A DNA stretch of 43,715 nucleotides from an uncultured Candidatus Saccharibacteria bacterium (GTDB taxonomy: Bacteria; Patescibacteriota; Minisyncoccia; Phycocordibacterales; UBA918). Location: positions 1 to 43,715 of the forward strand of contig CAZNWG010000004.1 of assembly GCA_964576905.1 (NCBI GenBank), in the 5' to 3' direction. Positions 16,735 to 26,267 of the stretch are shown here, piece after piece. The notes under the pieces are model-generated. The model saw nothing but the letters and a program-made list of their open reading frames with translations, ran no database searches and had not been told where the DNA came from. Both the position numbers and the translations under genes were made by a program. How positions within the stretch are numbered: the first letter of the stretch is position 1; every line of letters begins with the position of its first letter.

Positions 16735-18192
16735 CTACACTTTCGAGATTTTTTGGCCCTGTGGCGTGTCTTCTATGGTGTATCCTTTCAGATTGATTGC
16801 CTCACGAATGCGGTCCGCTTCTTCCCAATTGCGCGTTGCACGTGCTATCTCACGCTTATTGATGAGCTCTTGAATGTCATCCGGTACTTCGTTCGGTGCG
16901 ACGATGCCGAGCTCGCGCACCACATCATCTTTTTCATCGGAGAGTCCAATATCAAAAATAGTGTCAAATTCACGGAGTGTCGCGACTTTGTCTTTGTTGG
17001 TGATGTCTGCATCCTTAATCAATTCCCACATGAGTGCAATCGCCTTTGGGGTATCGAGATCGTCATTGATGAATGTGTGGAAGCGCTCACGGTATGATTC
17101 ACTTACCTCGCCAGTCTCATTTTTGCAATCCTCGTATATGAAGCGCTTGAGGCGGAAGAGTGCCTGCTTTGATGCAGACAGTGCCTCAAAGGTGAAATTC
17201 ATCGGTGAGCGATAGTGTCCCGTGAGGAGCCAGTAGCGGTACGTAAGTGGTGAAAAACCATGATCCATGAGTCCGGAGAGGCGAATACCGTTTCCGAGAG
17301 ATTTCGAAATTTTAGTATCGTCAATGCGTAAGTGGGCATTGTGGAGCCAGTACGCAACGTAGGGCTTGCCCGTCACCGACTCTGCCTGTGCTATTTCGCC
17401 ATTGTGGTGGGTGTACTTGAGATCTTCACCTCCCGTGTGAATGTCTATTTGACGACCCAATGTACTAAAAATCATTGCGGTGCACTCTATGTGCCAGCCA
17501 GGGAAACCCTTTCCCCACGCGCTCTCCCAGCCGAGAAGCCCTTTTTTCCAGAGTGCAAAATCTGCAGGATGACGTTTTTCTGAGTTTACATCAACGCGCG
17601 CACCACTCTGAAGCTCGAGTATGTTGATGTTGCCGAGAATGCCGTATGCGGGAAATTTGGAGATATCGAAATAGACTCCATCGCTCGTCTCATAGGCATA
17701 TCCCTTTTCGTAGAGTGTTTGGATGAGTCGAATCTGCTCCTTTACATACTCGCTCGCTGGTGCGTATTTTGTGGGAGGAATGTTGCGAAAAGCACCATTG
17801 TCTTCTTTGAAAGAACGCATGTACGTGTCCGCTACCTCACGCATCGCGGAGAGGGAGATGGGCTTACCCTCGCGCTTGAGAGCCATCATCATCTTGTCTT
17901 CACCGGCATCTGCATCATCGGTGAGGTGACCAAAGTCGGTGAAATTGATGACGTGCTTTACCTCGTACCCATTGTACATACAGACACGCTTGATGAGGTC
18001 GGGGAGGAGGTATGCGCGGAGGTTACCGATGTGGATGTGATTGTATACGGTTGGGCCACACGAATACATCGTGACCACACCTGGTTTCAGTGGGGTAAAA
18101 AGCTCCTTTGTATTTGATGCGGAATTGAAGAAGTAGAGAGGAGGATGCTCTACGGCTTTTGTTTTTGGTGAAAGTAAATCTAAAAAACCCAT
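16735..18192 (-). CDS. cysS: Cysteine--tRNA ligase
   Basis: It contains CGPTVYNHIHIGNLR (HIGH) and KISKSLGN (KMSKS). The start is set at the ATG 8 nt after a TATAAT (18201-18206). Confidence 0.93.
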   Translation of the reverse strand: MGFLDLLSPKTKAVEHPPLYFFNSASNTKELFTPLKPGVVTMYSCGPTVYNHIHIGNLRAYLLPDLIKRVCMYNGYEVKHVINFTDFGHLTDDADAGEDKMMMALKREGKPISLSAMREVADTYMRSFKEDNGAFRNIPPTKYAPASEYVKEQIRLIQTLYEKGYAYETSDGVYFDISKFPAYGILGNINILELQSGARVDVNSEKRHPADFALWKKGLLGWESAWGKGFPGWHIECTAMIFSTLGRQIDIHTGGEDLKYTHHNGEIAQAESVTGKPYVAYWLHNAHLRIDDTKISKSLGNGIRLSGLMDHGFSPLTYRYWLLTGHYRSPMNFTFEALSASKQALFRLKRFIYEDCKNETGEVSESYRERFHTFINDDLDTPKAIALMWELIKDADITNKDKVATLREFDTIFDIGLSDEKDDVVRELGIVAPNEVPDDIQELINKREIARATRNWEEADRIREAINLKGYTIEDTPQGQKISKV

Positions 18193-18250
18193 ATAAAACA
18201 ATTATAAAATATGCGCACAGTGTACCAAAAAAGATGAGAGAGCGCACCAG

Positions 18251-19162
18251 CTACATCCATCGTTTGTGCTTGAAATATGCAAAGAAGATTACGGCAACGG
18301 TGCACATAATCCCAAGAATAATCCAGAAGTCATGTTTCTGACCGATGATAGGTGCTGAGACAACATTCATACCAAACATCGAAGAAAAAAGAGTAAGGGG
18401 GAACGTGATGAATGCGATAATTGTAAAAAGCTTAATCACCTCATTTTGTTTTGTGGTGAGCATTGCACTGTTGGTGTCACGGAGTGCAACGAGTGTTTCA
18501 AACTGTGTATTTGCTTTATGTTGGAGCGAAAAAAACTGAGTGCGAATGTTTTGGAGGTCACGATCAAACGTGTCTCCATACATATCTTCAAAGGTAAGCG
18601 TCAGTGAATAGAAAATATCCTCATGGCTTTGGATAGTGTGCCGAAACGAAATCAGCTTCTTACTGATATTTGAGATTTCGTAAACCATGTGTTTTTCATT
18701 ATCAGTAAAAATATCTGATTCTATTTCAGAAAGTTGTGATTCGATATAATCGAGTTTTGAGTGTGCACTATCGTAGAGATTGCCGAAAAGCGAGAAAAAG
18801 AGATGAGCACCAGTCACATCACGTTTAAACTTATGGAGTGTCGCAGCGACTTCAAACTGTTTCTTAAAACGGTCAAATCCCTCCATTTCCTCATATTGGA
18901 CTGTGAGGAGGCTCTTTTTGAGTATAAAAAACTTAACCTCAAATTGCCTATCTGCTTCAATGTGCCGAATCGCAGGAAAATCCAACGTGAGCTTTATGAC
19001 GTCTTCCGCCACAGTCACCGCATTCTTTGGTACGACCGAGGTAAGATCAGTCATGAGTGCAGGAGAGATATCAAGCTCATGCATGACCTTCTGTACCTCA
19101 TCTTGAGTAGGTTTTTTAAGGTTTATCCAAATGAGCTTTCCTTGCCGAAGTCGTTCTATCAT
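18251..19162 (-). CDS. corA: CorA-family magnesium transporter
   Basis: It has two C-terminal TMs and the FGMNV (GMN) motif. The start is trimmed to MIERLRQGKLIWINL. Confidence 0.85.
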   Translation of the reverse strand: MIERLRQGKLIWINLKKPTQDEVQKVMHELDISPALMTDLTSVVPKNAVTVAEDVIKLTLDFPAIRHIEADRQFEVKFFILKKSLLTVQYEEMEGFDRFKKQFEVAATLHKFKRDVTGAHLFFSLFGNLYDSAHSKLDYIESQLSEIESDIFTDNEKHMVYEISNISKKLISFRHTIQSHEDIFYSLTLTFEDMYGDTFDRDLQNIRTQFFSLQHKANTQFETLVALRDTNSAMLTTKQNEVIKLFTIIAFITFPLTLFSSMFGMNVVSAPIIGQKHDFWIILGIMCTVAVIFFAYFKHKRWM

Positions 19163-19168
19163 AGTGCA

Positions 19169-19177
19169 ATGATACCA
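19169..19177 (-). promoter_or_regulatory. Extended -10 (TGgTAtcAT) 6 nt before the corA ATG
   Basis: On the minus strand the sequence reads tggtatcat + tgcact + ATG(19162). Confidence 0.45.
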
Positions 19178-19224
19178 CAGGGAACTTACTCCCAAGGCAT
19201 GGTATTGGTATAAATGTGAAGAAG

Positions 19225-19233
19225 TGCGATAAT
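19225..19233 (+). promoter_or_regulatory. Extended -10 (TGcGAtAAT) 6 nt before the ATG at 19240
   Basis: The sequence reads tgcgataat + gcacgt + ATG. Confidence 0.45.
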
Positions 19234-19239
19234 GCACGT

Positions 19240-20559
19240 ATGATACAAGACGAAGATATACTACAGACTGTTCCTAAGTTGGACACCTCATCAAATGCCA
19301 AAGAATCCGTTTCATCACAGAAACGAAAACCTCTTTTAAGTGTTGGTTTGGCAATCCTACTCGCGACTGCGACATTTTTTTCGGGACTGCATATTGGTAT
19401 TAACAATGCACAAAATGTTGACTCATTTTCATTTTTAAAAGCAGAAACGCACGCTGATAATTCAATCGATCTCTCTGAATTTTGGGAAGTATGGAATTTA
19501 CTCGATACACGATTTGTCGTTTCTCAAAGTGCCACAACGTCACCAGATTCTGCAACCTCAACAGCACTCACAAATACAGAAAAAGTGCGTGGTGCTATCG
19601 AGGGGCTCGTGCGATCGTATGGTGACCCATACACAATGTATTTCTCTCCGAAAGATGCCACGATGTTCCAAGAAGAAATCAGTGGTAATTTCAGTGGCGT
19701 CGGTATGGAGGTCGGGATGCGAGAGGATGTGATTACGGTCATATCGCCACTCCCCGATAGTCCTTCCGAAAAGGCAGGTATCTTAGCAGGGGATGTTATT
19801 GTGCGTATTGATGATGAAAGTACAGAAACAATGGGCGTTGATGAAGCGGTACAGCGTATACGAGGAGAAAAGGGAACAGAAGTCCATTTGACTATATTTC
19901 GCGAAGGCGAGGAAGAGTTTCGTGAGATTAGAGTCATGCGTGACACGATCGTGATTCCGACAAGCAAGACCGAGGTTCGTGATGATGTGTTCATCATCTC
20001 TTTGTACAGCTTCAATGCTATTGCTGAAATGGAAATGCAAAAAGCGCTCCGCGAGTATGTGGCAAGTGATAAGAAAAAAATAATTCTTGATTTGCGTGGT
20101 AATCCAGGAGGGTACCTCCAAAGTGCCGTTGCAATTGCAAGTTATTTCGTACCCGCAGGGAAGCCAATTGTACGAGAAGGCGACGGCACTGATGAAAATG
20201 AAGAGGTGTATCGAAGTGCGGGTAAGCTCCTTGGGAAGCACGCACCAGAAAAAATGGTCGTCCTTGTGGACGGTGGTTCTGCATCTGCTTCAGAGATTCT
20301 TGCAGGAGCGCTCCAAGAGCACGGTATCGCTACGCTCATTGGAGAGCAAACATTTGGAAAGGGTTCCGTTCAAGAGCTTATTGATTTGGAAAGTGGCGCA
20401 TCACTGAAAGTAACGGTGGCGAGGTGGTTTACACCAAACGGTGTTTCGATATCTGAGGGTGGACTCACACCGGATATTGTAGTCGAACGTACTCCCGAAG
20501 ACCGCACTGCGGAAAAGGACCCACAGCTCGACTCTGCACTCGAATTTCTCGCGAAGTAA
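19240..20559 (+). CDS. S41-family C-terminal processing peptidase with a PDZ domain
   Basis: It contains LDLRGNPGGYL, GGSASASEILAGAL and TFGKGSVQ, plus an N-terminal TM. A start at the GTG at 19216 is also possible. Confidence 0.88.
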   Translation: MIQDEDILQTVPKLDTSSNAKESVSSQKRKPLLSVGLAILLATATFFSGLHIGINNAQNVDSFSFLKAETHADNSIDLSEFWEVWNLLDTRFVVSQSATTSPDSATSTALTNTEKVRGAIEGLVRSYGDPYTMYFSPKDATMFQEEISGNFSGVGMEVGMREDVITVISPLPDSPSEKAGILAGDVIVRIDDESTETMGVDEAVQRIRGEKGTEVHLTIFREGEEEFREIRVMRDTIVIPTSKTEVRDDVFIISLYSFNAIAEMEMQKALREYVASDKKKIILDLRGNPGGYLQSAVAIASYFVPAGKPIVREGDGTDENEEVYRSAGKLLGKHAPEKMVVLVDGGSASASEILAGALQEHGIATLIGEQTFGKGSVQELIDLESGASLKVTVARWFTPNGVSISEGGLTPDIVVERTPEDRTAEKDPQLDSALEFLAK

Positions 20560-20700
20560 GCCCTAGGATAAACTCGTTGTCTATTGTGAGAAGTTGGCAC
20601 AGCTGCATCATCGATAATTATGATGCTTTTACAGAATCTGCTATAATATGACGTATTATAGAGATGGTTTATTAGTAAGTAGTATTGAGTAGGGTACCGT

Positions 20701-21144
20701 ATGAAAGTAATTCTTATAAAAGATGTTGCACGATTGGGGCGCAAATCAGAGGTGAAGGATGTTCCCAGTGGTCATGCGCTCAATTTTCTCATCCCACGGA
20801 AGTTTGCGGTCATTGCCACGGATGAACAATTGAAACGTATTGGTGAGGAGGAGAAACAACACGGCGTTCAGAAAGAGCACGCACAAAAGGTATTTATGGA
20901 TGCGTGTGCAGTCTTGGCGGAGAAACACATCAGGTACCCCGCTCCTGCAAACGAGAAAGGACACCTTTTCAAAGGAATTAATGCAGATGATATTCAAAAG
21001 TATCTCGAATCCACAGAACACATTGTTCTTCAGAAACAAGTCATTCTCCTCGCACATCCAATCAAAGAACTCGGTATCCACGAAATACCACTTTCGTTTG
21101 GAGGGGACAAGGGCATGTGCACATTAGAAGTTGTTAAAAAGTAG
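20701..21144 (+). CDS. rplI: 50S ribosomal protein L9
   Basis: MKVILIKDVARLGRKSEVKDVPSGHALNFLIPRKFA matches L9. Confidence 0.9.
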   Translation: MKVILIKDVARLGRKSEVKDVPSGHALNFLIPRKFAVIATDEQLKRIGEEEKQHGVQKEHAQKVFMDACAVLAEKHIRYPAPANEKGHLFKGINADDIQKYLESTEHIVLQKQVILLAHPIKELGIHEIPLSFGGDKGMCTLEVVKK

Positions 21145-21145
21145 T

Positions 21146-21850
21146 ATGGCAAGTATCAAACAAATAGCACTGGTGCTCGGAGGGTCTATTCTCCTCGTCG
21201 CGATTATTGGCTGGTGGTTTCATACACACAATACACAACCAGAACTTGTACTCGATGTTGATCAGAATATAGAAGGTCCACTTTCGCCCGAAGAATTAAC
21301 AATCAATAAACCTGACATTACAAACACCATGAACCGCATTGCAGTATTTTCGACCAATAAAGGGACATTCGAGATTGAACTCTTTGAAGATAAGATGCCT
21401 ATTACAACGGGAAATTTTATAAAGCTCGCTGAAGAAAAATTCTATGATGGTATAAAATTCCATCGAGTGATTAGTGGATTTATGATTCAGGCAGGAGATC
21501 CAAACAGTAAGGGAGATAATACCGCATCGTATGGTTCCGGTGGTCCCGGGTATACGGTTCAGGATGAATTTGTAGAGGACCCACTCCTCTCGAATGTGCG
21601 CGGTACTATTGCAATGGCTAATACCGGCCAACCAAACTCTGGAGGAAGTCAATTCTTCATTAATACCGTCAATAATACCGGCCTTGATTTCAACAAAGAG
21701 CCGTTCACCTCAAAGCACCCCGTATTCGGGCGCGTGGTGAAGGGAATGGATGTTGTCGATGCAATCTCTGCTGTTCCTGTCGGGCAGAGAGATTTACCAA
21801 TCGAACCAGTTGTTATTGAGTCAATTACTATAAAAGCACAGGAGGGTTGA
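21146..21850 (+). CDS. Cyclophilin-type peptidyl-prolyl isomerase, membrane-anchored
   Basis: It contains FHRVISGFMIQAGDP and GTIAMANTGQPNSGGSQFFI, plus an N-terminal TM. Confidence 0.9.
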   Translation: MASIKQIALVLGGSILLVAIIGWWFHTHNTQPELVLDVDQNIEGPLSPEELTINKPDITNTMNRIAVFSTNKGTFEIELFEDKMPITTGNFIKLAEEKFYDGIKFHRVISGFMIQAGDPNSKGDNTASYGSGGPGYTVQDEFVEDPLLSNVRGTIAMANTGQPNSGGSQFFINTVNNTGLDFNKEPFTSKHPVFGRVVKGMDVVDAISAVPVGQRDLPIEPVVIESITIKAQEG

Positions 21851-21860
21851 TGAAAAATAC

Positions 21861-21891
21861 AAAAACCGGCGCCCACAGGCGCCGGTTTTTT
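21861..21891. terminator. Bidirectional terminator
   Basis: The sequence is aaaaaccggcgcc-caca-ggcgccggtttttt. Confidence 0.8.
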
Positions 21892-21903
21892 GATGTTTTT
21901 ATA

Positions 21904-22182
21904 TTACGCTTCGATGACAGATACGCGCTTTTTTGCAACTGTTTGCCCATCAAATCTTAATTTGCGCATGTTTCCAAAGGATACTTTGCCTGCTTTTCCT
22001 GCATGGAGTGAATGGTCCTTGCTCACGAAGACATTTTTTCCAGCTTCAATTTTTGTACCACGCTGTCGTACGATGATTTCACCGAGCTTCACGGTCTGTC
22101 CATCTGAGCGTTTTACACCAAGATACTGCGGATTAGAATCAGTGAGGTTTTTTGCGCTACCGCCCGCTTTTTTGTGTGCCAT
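21904..22182 (-). CDS. rpmA: 50S ribosomal protein L27
   Basis: [44 protein letters not shown] matches L27. Confidence 0.93.
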   Translation of the reverse strand: MAHKKAGGSAKNLTDSNPQYLGVKRSDGQTVKLGEIIVRQRGTKIEAGKNVFVSKDHSLHAGKAGKVSFGNMRKLRFDGQTVAKKRVSVIEA

Positions 22183-22224
22183 ATATGATTATTCCTAAAA
22201 TATACTGCGGGTATCCGCAAGTTC

Positions 22225-22653
22225 ATGTATAATAATTTTGTGAGTATACAAGACTTATCCAATAAATTCAAGGGTCTTTTATTGAACACGGAAGTATTGC
22301 TCTCTGTACTTATTGTTGCTGTGGCGTGTATTTCATTCTATCTCGGTACGCTGTCGGTCAAGGGAAATATAGGTTTTGAGCCACACATTGAGCAATATGC
22401 ACAAGCAATTGGTTCTAATCTTGAAACTGCTCCAAAAATAGAAACTGCGACAAGTACTGACACAACAACTACAGCGGAGGACTCACAGATTAAAAAGGGG
22501 GAGTATGTCGCTTCAAAAAGTGGTGCAAAATACCATCTCCCGTGGTGTCCCGGTGCTAAACAGATAAAGGAAGAAAACAAGGTATGGTTTACCTCAAAGG
22601 AAGAAGCTGAAAAGGCAGGGTATACACCCGCAGCAAACTGCAAAGGCATTTAG
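22225..22653 (+). CDS. Membrane-anchored protein with a C-terminal YH-x3-C ... GY-x-P-x3-C metal-binding-like motif
   Basis: It has an N-terminal TM. The C-terminal AKYHLPWCPGAKQIKEENKVWFTSKEEAEKAGYTPAANCKG resembles the small Ada-Zn-like modules found on ComEA-type proteins. Confidence 0.5.
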   Translation: MYNNFVSIQDLSNKFKGLLLNTEVLLSVLIVAVACISFYLGTLSVKGNIGFEPHIEQYAQAIGSNLETAPKIETATSTDTTTTAEDSQIKKGEYVASKSGAKYHLPWCPGAKQIKEENKVWFTSKEEAEKAGYTPAANCKGI

Positions 22654-22838
22654 AGCATGTCCAAAAACCTTTCATACTGCGTTGCACTGCGTTCAAAGAC
22701 GCTCATCATATATTGATTATGCCTCGCATTTTCTCACTTGTGCGCCTTGTCTGAAAGGTTTTTGACCACGCTCTCTGTTGGTTGTACAAGTTTTCGAAAT
22801 ATACTCCATTGTTCGTGTCCAAAAACCTACATGCTCTA
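22651..22838. mobile_element. Candidate 184-bp MITE-like element (22653-22836) with 8-bp terminal inverted repeats and TA flanks
   Basis: GAGCATGT at 22653-22660 and ACATGCTC at 22829-22836 are each flanked by TA. There are three copies of the motif GTCCAAAAACCT: two direct, and one inverted and imperfect (lacking one G). Confidence 0.3.
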
Positions 22839-23219
22839 ATCGAAATAACCGGCCAGGTGTTGCTTCACACGCTTCACGATATCTTCAAGACTGGTATTTG
22901 ATTTTATGATGTAGTCATTTGAGCGAAGGCCCACACCCTGGCTGATGTTTGTTGGATCGTCAGCGTTGGTGAGCAGTAGTACGTGGATGTCCTTGCCCCA
23001 AGGAGTGTTACGCATTATTTTGAGCATTTCATGGCCATTTGTTTTTGGCATCTGAATATCGAGTAAGATAAGATTGGGAAGTTCATGTTCGGCGACGAGT
23101 AATCCTTCCGAACCATCGCGTGCTTCACGTGTACTGTACCCAGCGTTCTCCAAGGCAGTCTTGAGTGCTTCGCGTAATGTACTGTCGTCATCGACAATGA
23201 GAATTTTGTGTTGTGCCAT
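22836..23219 (-). CDS. Stand-alone response-regulator receiver (CheY-like)
   Basis: It contains KILIVDDD and NLILLDIQMPKTNGHE, with a conserved K region. It is 127 aa and has no output domain. Confidence 0.88.
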   Translation of the reverse strand: MAQHKILIVDDDSTLREALKTALENAGYSTREARDGSEGLLVAEHELPNLILLDIQMPKTNGHEMLKIMRNTPWGKDIHVLLLTNADDPTNISQGVGLRSNDYIIKSNTSLEDIVKRVKQHLAGYFD

Positions 23220-23227
23220 ACGATACT

Positions 23228-23236
23228 AGTATATCA
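23228..23236 (-). promoter_or_regulatory. Extended -10 (TGaTAtAcT) 8 nt before the ATG
   Basis: On the minus strand the sequence reads tgatatact + agtatcgt + ATG(23219). Confidence 0.45.
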
Positions 23237-23284
23237 CTTCTGGACGAAATGTGAGCAAGATACTATTATGGACAGCTCTCAATT

Positions 23285-24133
23285 ATGAAAAAAATACTCA
23301 TAATGCAATTCAGGAAGAATCCTGCGGACATCCAGAAAGAGATTGAAATCTATACACGTGATTTTGCGTCATTGCCCGTCACACTCTCATTTAAAAATAT
23401 CTTTTATGATTCTATAGATTGGAGTAATCCAAAAAGTATTTGCGAAGATGCAGACGCACTTATTTTTGGTGGGTCGGGAGACCTCTTTTTTGATGGAGGT
23501 CTTTGCCACGATGATCAAGCGATAGTGTCTTCGTGCGCGTATGCAAAATTGCATGAACCACTTTTTAAATATCTTTTTGCGCACCATATCCCCACACTCG
23601 GTATTTGTTTTGGACACCAGATGTTGGCGTACACACATGGTGTTCAGGTACGGAATGATACAGAACAAGCAAAAACAGGTTCACACGAGGTAGTCCTCAC
23701 CGAAGAGGGAAGAATGGACCCACTCTTTGCGGGTATTCCATCACAATTCACCGCACAGTATGGTCATAGAGACTCAATCTCTTCACTCCCCGATGGTGCA
23801 GTATTACTCGCATACGGTGAACAGTGCAGGTACAGTGCAGTCCGTCTTGGGCCGAAGCGATACAGTCTGCAGTTTCATCCGGAACTTATTGCAGACGATA
23901 TGCGGAGACGATGTGCAGACAATCCCACATACCTTCCTCCCGGAACAGACATCAATACCGCAATTCGAGAATCAGATGACGCATCAAAAGTACTTCATAA
24001 TTTTGTTTTCAATATTATGCACGCCGGCGCCACAGAAGAATTTATCGAAGAAGAGATTGCAATGCAAGAAAATAGATTCACCACAGAACAGGTTCTTTGC
24101 TCCGTTTCATCAAATACGCGTTCGTCTTACTAA
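23285..24133 (+). CDS. Class I glutamine amidotransferase-like protein
   Basis: It contains PTLGICFGHQMLA (nucleophile elbow) and SLQFHPE. Confidence 0.8.
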   Translation: MKKILIMQFRKNPADIQKEIEIYTRDFASLPVTLSFKNIFYDSIDWSNPKSICEDADALIFGGSGDLFFDGGLCHDDQAIVSSCAYAKLHEPLFKYLFAHHIPTLGICFGHQMLAYTHGVQVRNDTEQAKTGSHEVVLTEEGRMDPLFAGIPSQFTAQYGHRDSISSLPDGAVLLAYGEQCRYSAVRLGPKRYSLQFHPELIADDMRRRCADNPTYLPPGTDINTAIRESDDASKVLHNFVFNIMHAGATEEFIEEEIAMQENRFTTEQVLCSVSSNTRSSY

Positions 24134-24743
24134 AGTGTTTGCACCCAAAGAAGCCACGGTGTGCAGAGAGTGGTGAAGGGTGCGGTGCTTCGAGGACAAG
24201 GTGTTTCTCTCTGTCTATGAGTACTTTTTTCTTTTGCGCATGTGCCCCCCAGAGGAGGAAAACGAGATGTTCTTTTTCATCTGAGACTTTTTTGATGACT
24301 GCGTCGGTGAATGTTTCCCACCCGAGTCCTTGGTGAGAGTTGGGCAGACCATCTCTCACCGTGAGCGTGGTGTTGAGGAGAAGCACACCTTGCTGTGCCC
24401 AGTCAGTGAGGTCTCCCGAAGTGCGGGGAGGGGTTCCCAAGTCGCTCTCGAGTTCTTTATAGATATTTTGGAGTGAGGGTGGTGTGCGAACCCCATCTTG
24501 CACGGAAAAGCAGAGGCCATGCGCTTGCCCCGCACCGTGGTACGGGTCTTGACCGAGAATAACCACTTTTACGGAATCAAAGTGGCACAGTGTAAAAGCA
24601 TTGAAAAGGAATTGCTGAGGGGGGAAGACCGGTTCATCACCACGGTATAGAGCACTCACCGTGGTAGTGAGCGTCAGAAAATAAGGTTTTTCAAACTCAT
24701 CACTGAGCGCCTCTCTCCACGATGCTTCTATGAACTCTTTCAT
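24078..24743 (-). CDS. ung: Uracil-DNA glycosylase (family 1)
   Basis: It contains VVILGQDPYHGAGQAHGLCFSV, LLLNTTLTV and HPSPLSAHRGFFGCKHFS. The start is at MKEFIEASW, and TATACT lies 7 nt upstream. Confidence 0.92.
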   Translation of the reverse strand: MKEFIEASWREALSDEFEKPYFLTLTTTVSALYRGDEPVFPPQQFLFNAFTLCHFDSVKVVILGQDPYHGAGQAHGLCFSVQDGVRTPPSLQNIYKELESDLGTPPRTSGDLTDWAQQGVLLLNTTLTVRDGLPNSHQGLGWETFTDAVIKKVSDEKEHLVFLLWGAHAQKKKVLIDREKHLVLEAPHPSPLSAHRGFFGCKHFSKTNAYLMKRSKEPVLW

Positions 24744-24806
24744 GCACAATAGTATACAGCGAATGAAAAAATGTGCGCACGAGCCTGATATACTGTTATC
24801 TATAGT

Positions 24807-26267
24807 ATGGATGTGTGGTTTCACAAAGTGTTTCGGTACATGCTCTTTTTGGCGTATGGCATTTTTGCTTTTGCGGTATATGGTGTGGCTCGTGTACCCG
24901 TCTACGCGGAGGAGTCATATGCGCAAGACACACAGACTGAGGTACCAACAGAGATCAACACAGTGGAGGACACGGCACCGCTGAGTGAAAATGTGAATTT
25001 TGATGCACCAATTAGCAAGACAGGAGAGGATGTGTCGCCACCAGATGTTGCGGAAATAATTCCACCTGAGCCGGTCTTGGATACCGATATTTCGCTCCCC
25101 GTTACTCCGCCGATTGAAGAACCTGTGGTATCAGATACACCTACCGAAGGTGATACACCTGAAGAGGTTCCGAGCTCCACAGGAGCCGAAACTTCTTTTG
25201 AAGAGAATGCATCGACCACTGAAAAAATAACTGAGGTACAGGTACCCGTTCCGTTTCCCGCAGATGAATCGCATATTCTTACGGCAGATACCTATGGTCC
25301 TTTTGCACTCATAGACCAACCTGTTTTTGTACTGCATGCCGAGCAGCCGTTTCTTAAAATACGTGAGGACATAGATGGTGATACCAATGAAGGTGGTGTG
25401 ATTGAAGACATGTTTACGACAGTCGACAATGTTGTCGACGCAGTAGTGGAAATGGTAGGAGAAGTAATTGAGGTGGTGGTCGATGCGACAACTGCCGCCG
25501 CCACCTTTGTGGTGGATGCAGTTATTCAAAGCGAAGAACCCACCGAAGTACTCGAGGTTCCTGAAGTGCCTGCGGAGGATGGGGAAGTGCCATCCATACG
25601 TGCTGGTGAAAGCACAGTGGTCACTACAACATCCACAGAAGAAATCGCCGTTGCCACAGACACTGAAACAGAGTCGCTAGATGCTCCTCCAATAGAAGTG
25701 GCTCTACCCGATGCACTATACACGGTGCGCGTACTCGTGGACGGCCAACTCTGCACACACACGAGTAATTTACAGAGTGACACGACGCTCGAAGTGACGG
25801 TTGCGCCTCCATGCATGACACCGGGTACGCATCAGGCACACATTGAGGTGGAGGTGTCCGACACCATATATGTGTGGGAGGGGGAGTTTGTGTGGGGTGG
25901 TGAGGTGATAGCTACACAGACACTCGATACAACTCGTACACTTGCACTCATCGTCTCACCTCTGAGTGGGGCAGGGCTCTGGCTTCGTGAGTTCGTCAAT
26001 GGTGACACGCTCTACACATTCCTCGAAGTGCGAACAGGTGCGCTAGCGCTTCCGCCTATAGGTATGGAAGGTGAAACAATCCTGTGGGTCGCCGATGCAC
26101 AAAATGCACTCATTGGTTTCGACTTGCTCTCACGCACCATCTTTTCACAATCACTCGAGACTCGTCGCGTCGATACCGAAATACCGCTCCATGAAGCGTG
26201 GTATACGGTGCACACCGATGCGCAGACGGTTGACCTTGTACCCGTGCCACCAGAAGAAATACTATGA
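24807..26267 (+). CDS. Secreted or anchored acidic P/E/T-rich protein; first gene of the surface locus
   Basis: It has an N-terminal hydrophobic segment (MLFLAYGIFAFAVYGVARVPVYA). Its stop overlaps the next start (ATGA at 26264-26267). Confidence 0.6.
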   Translation: MDVWFHKVFRYMLFLAYGIFAFAVYGVARVPVYAEESYAQDTQTEVPTEINTVEDTAPLSENVNFDAPISKTGEDVSPPDVAEIIPPEPVLDTDISLPVTPPIEEPVVSDTPTEGDTPEEVPSSTGAETSFEENASTTEKITEVQVPVPFPADESHILTADTYGPFALIDQPVFVLHAEQPFLKIREDIDGDTNEGGVIEDMFTTVDNVVDAVVEMVGEVIEVVVDATTAAATFVVDAVIQSEEPTEVLEVPEVPAEDGEVPSIRAGESTVVTTTSTEEIAVATDTETESLDAPPIEVALPDALYTVRVLVDGQLCTHTSNLQSDTTLEVTVAPPCMTPGTHQAHIEVEVSDTIYVWEGEFVWGGEVIATQTLDTTRTLALIVSPLSGAGLWLREFVNGDTLYTFLEVRTGALALPPIGMEGETILWVADAQNALIGFDLLSRTIFSQSLETRRVDTEIPLHEAWYTVHTDAQTVDLVPVPPEEIL

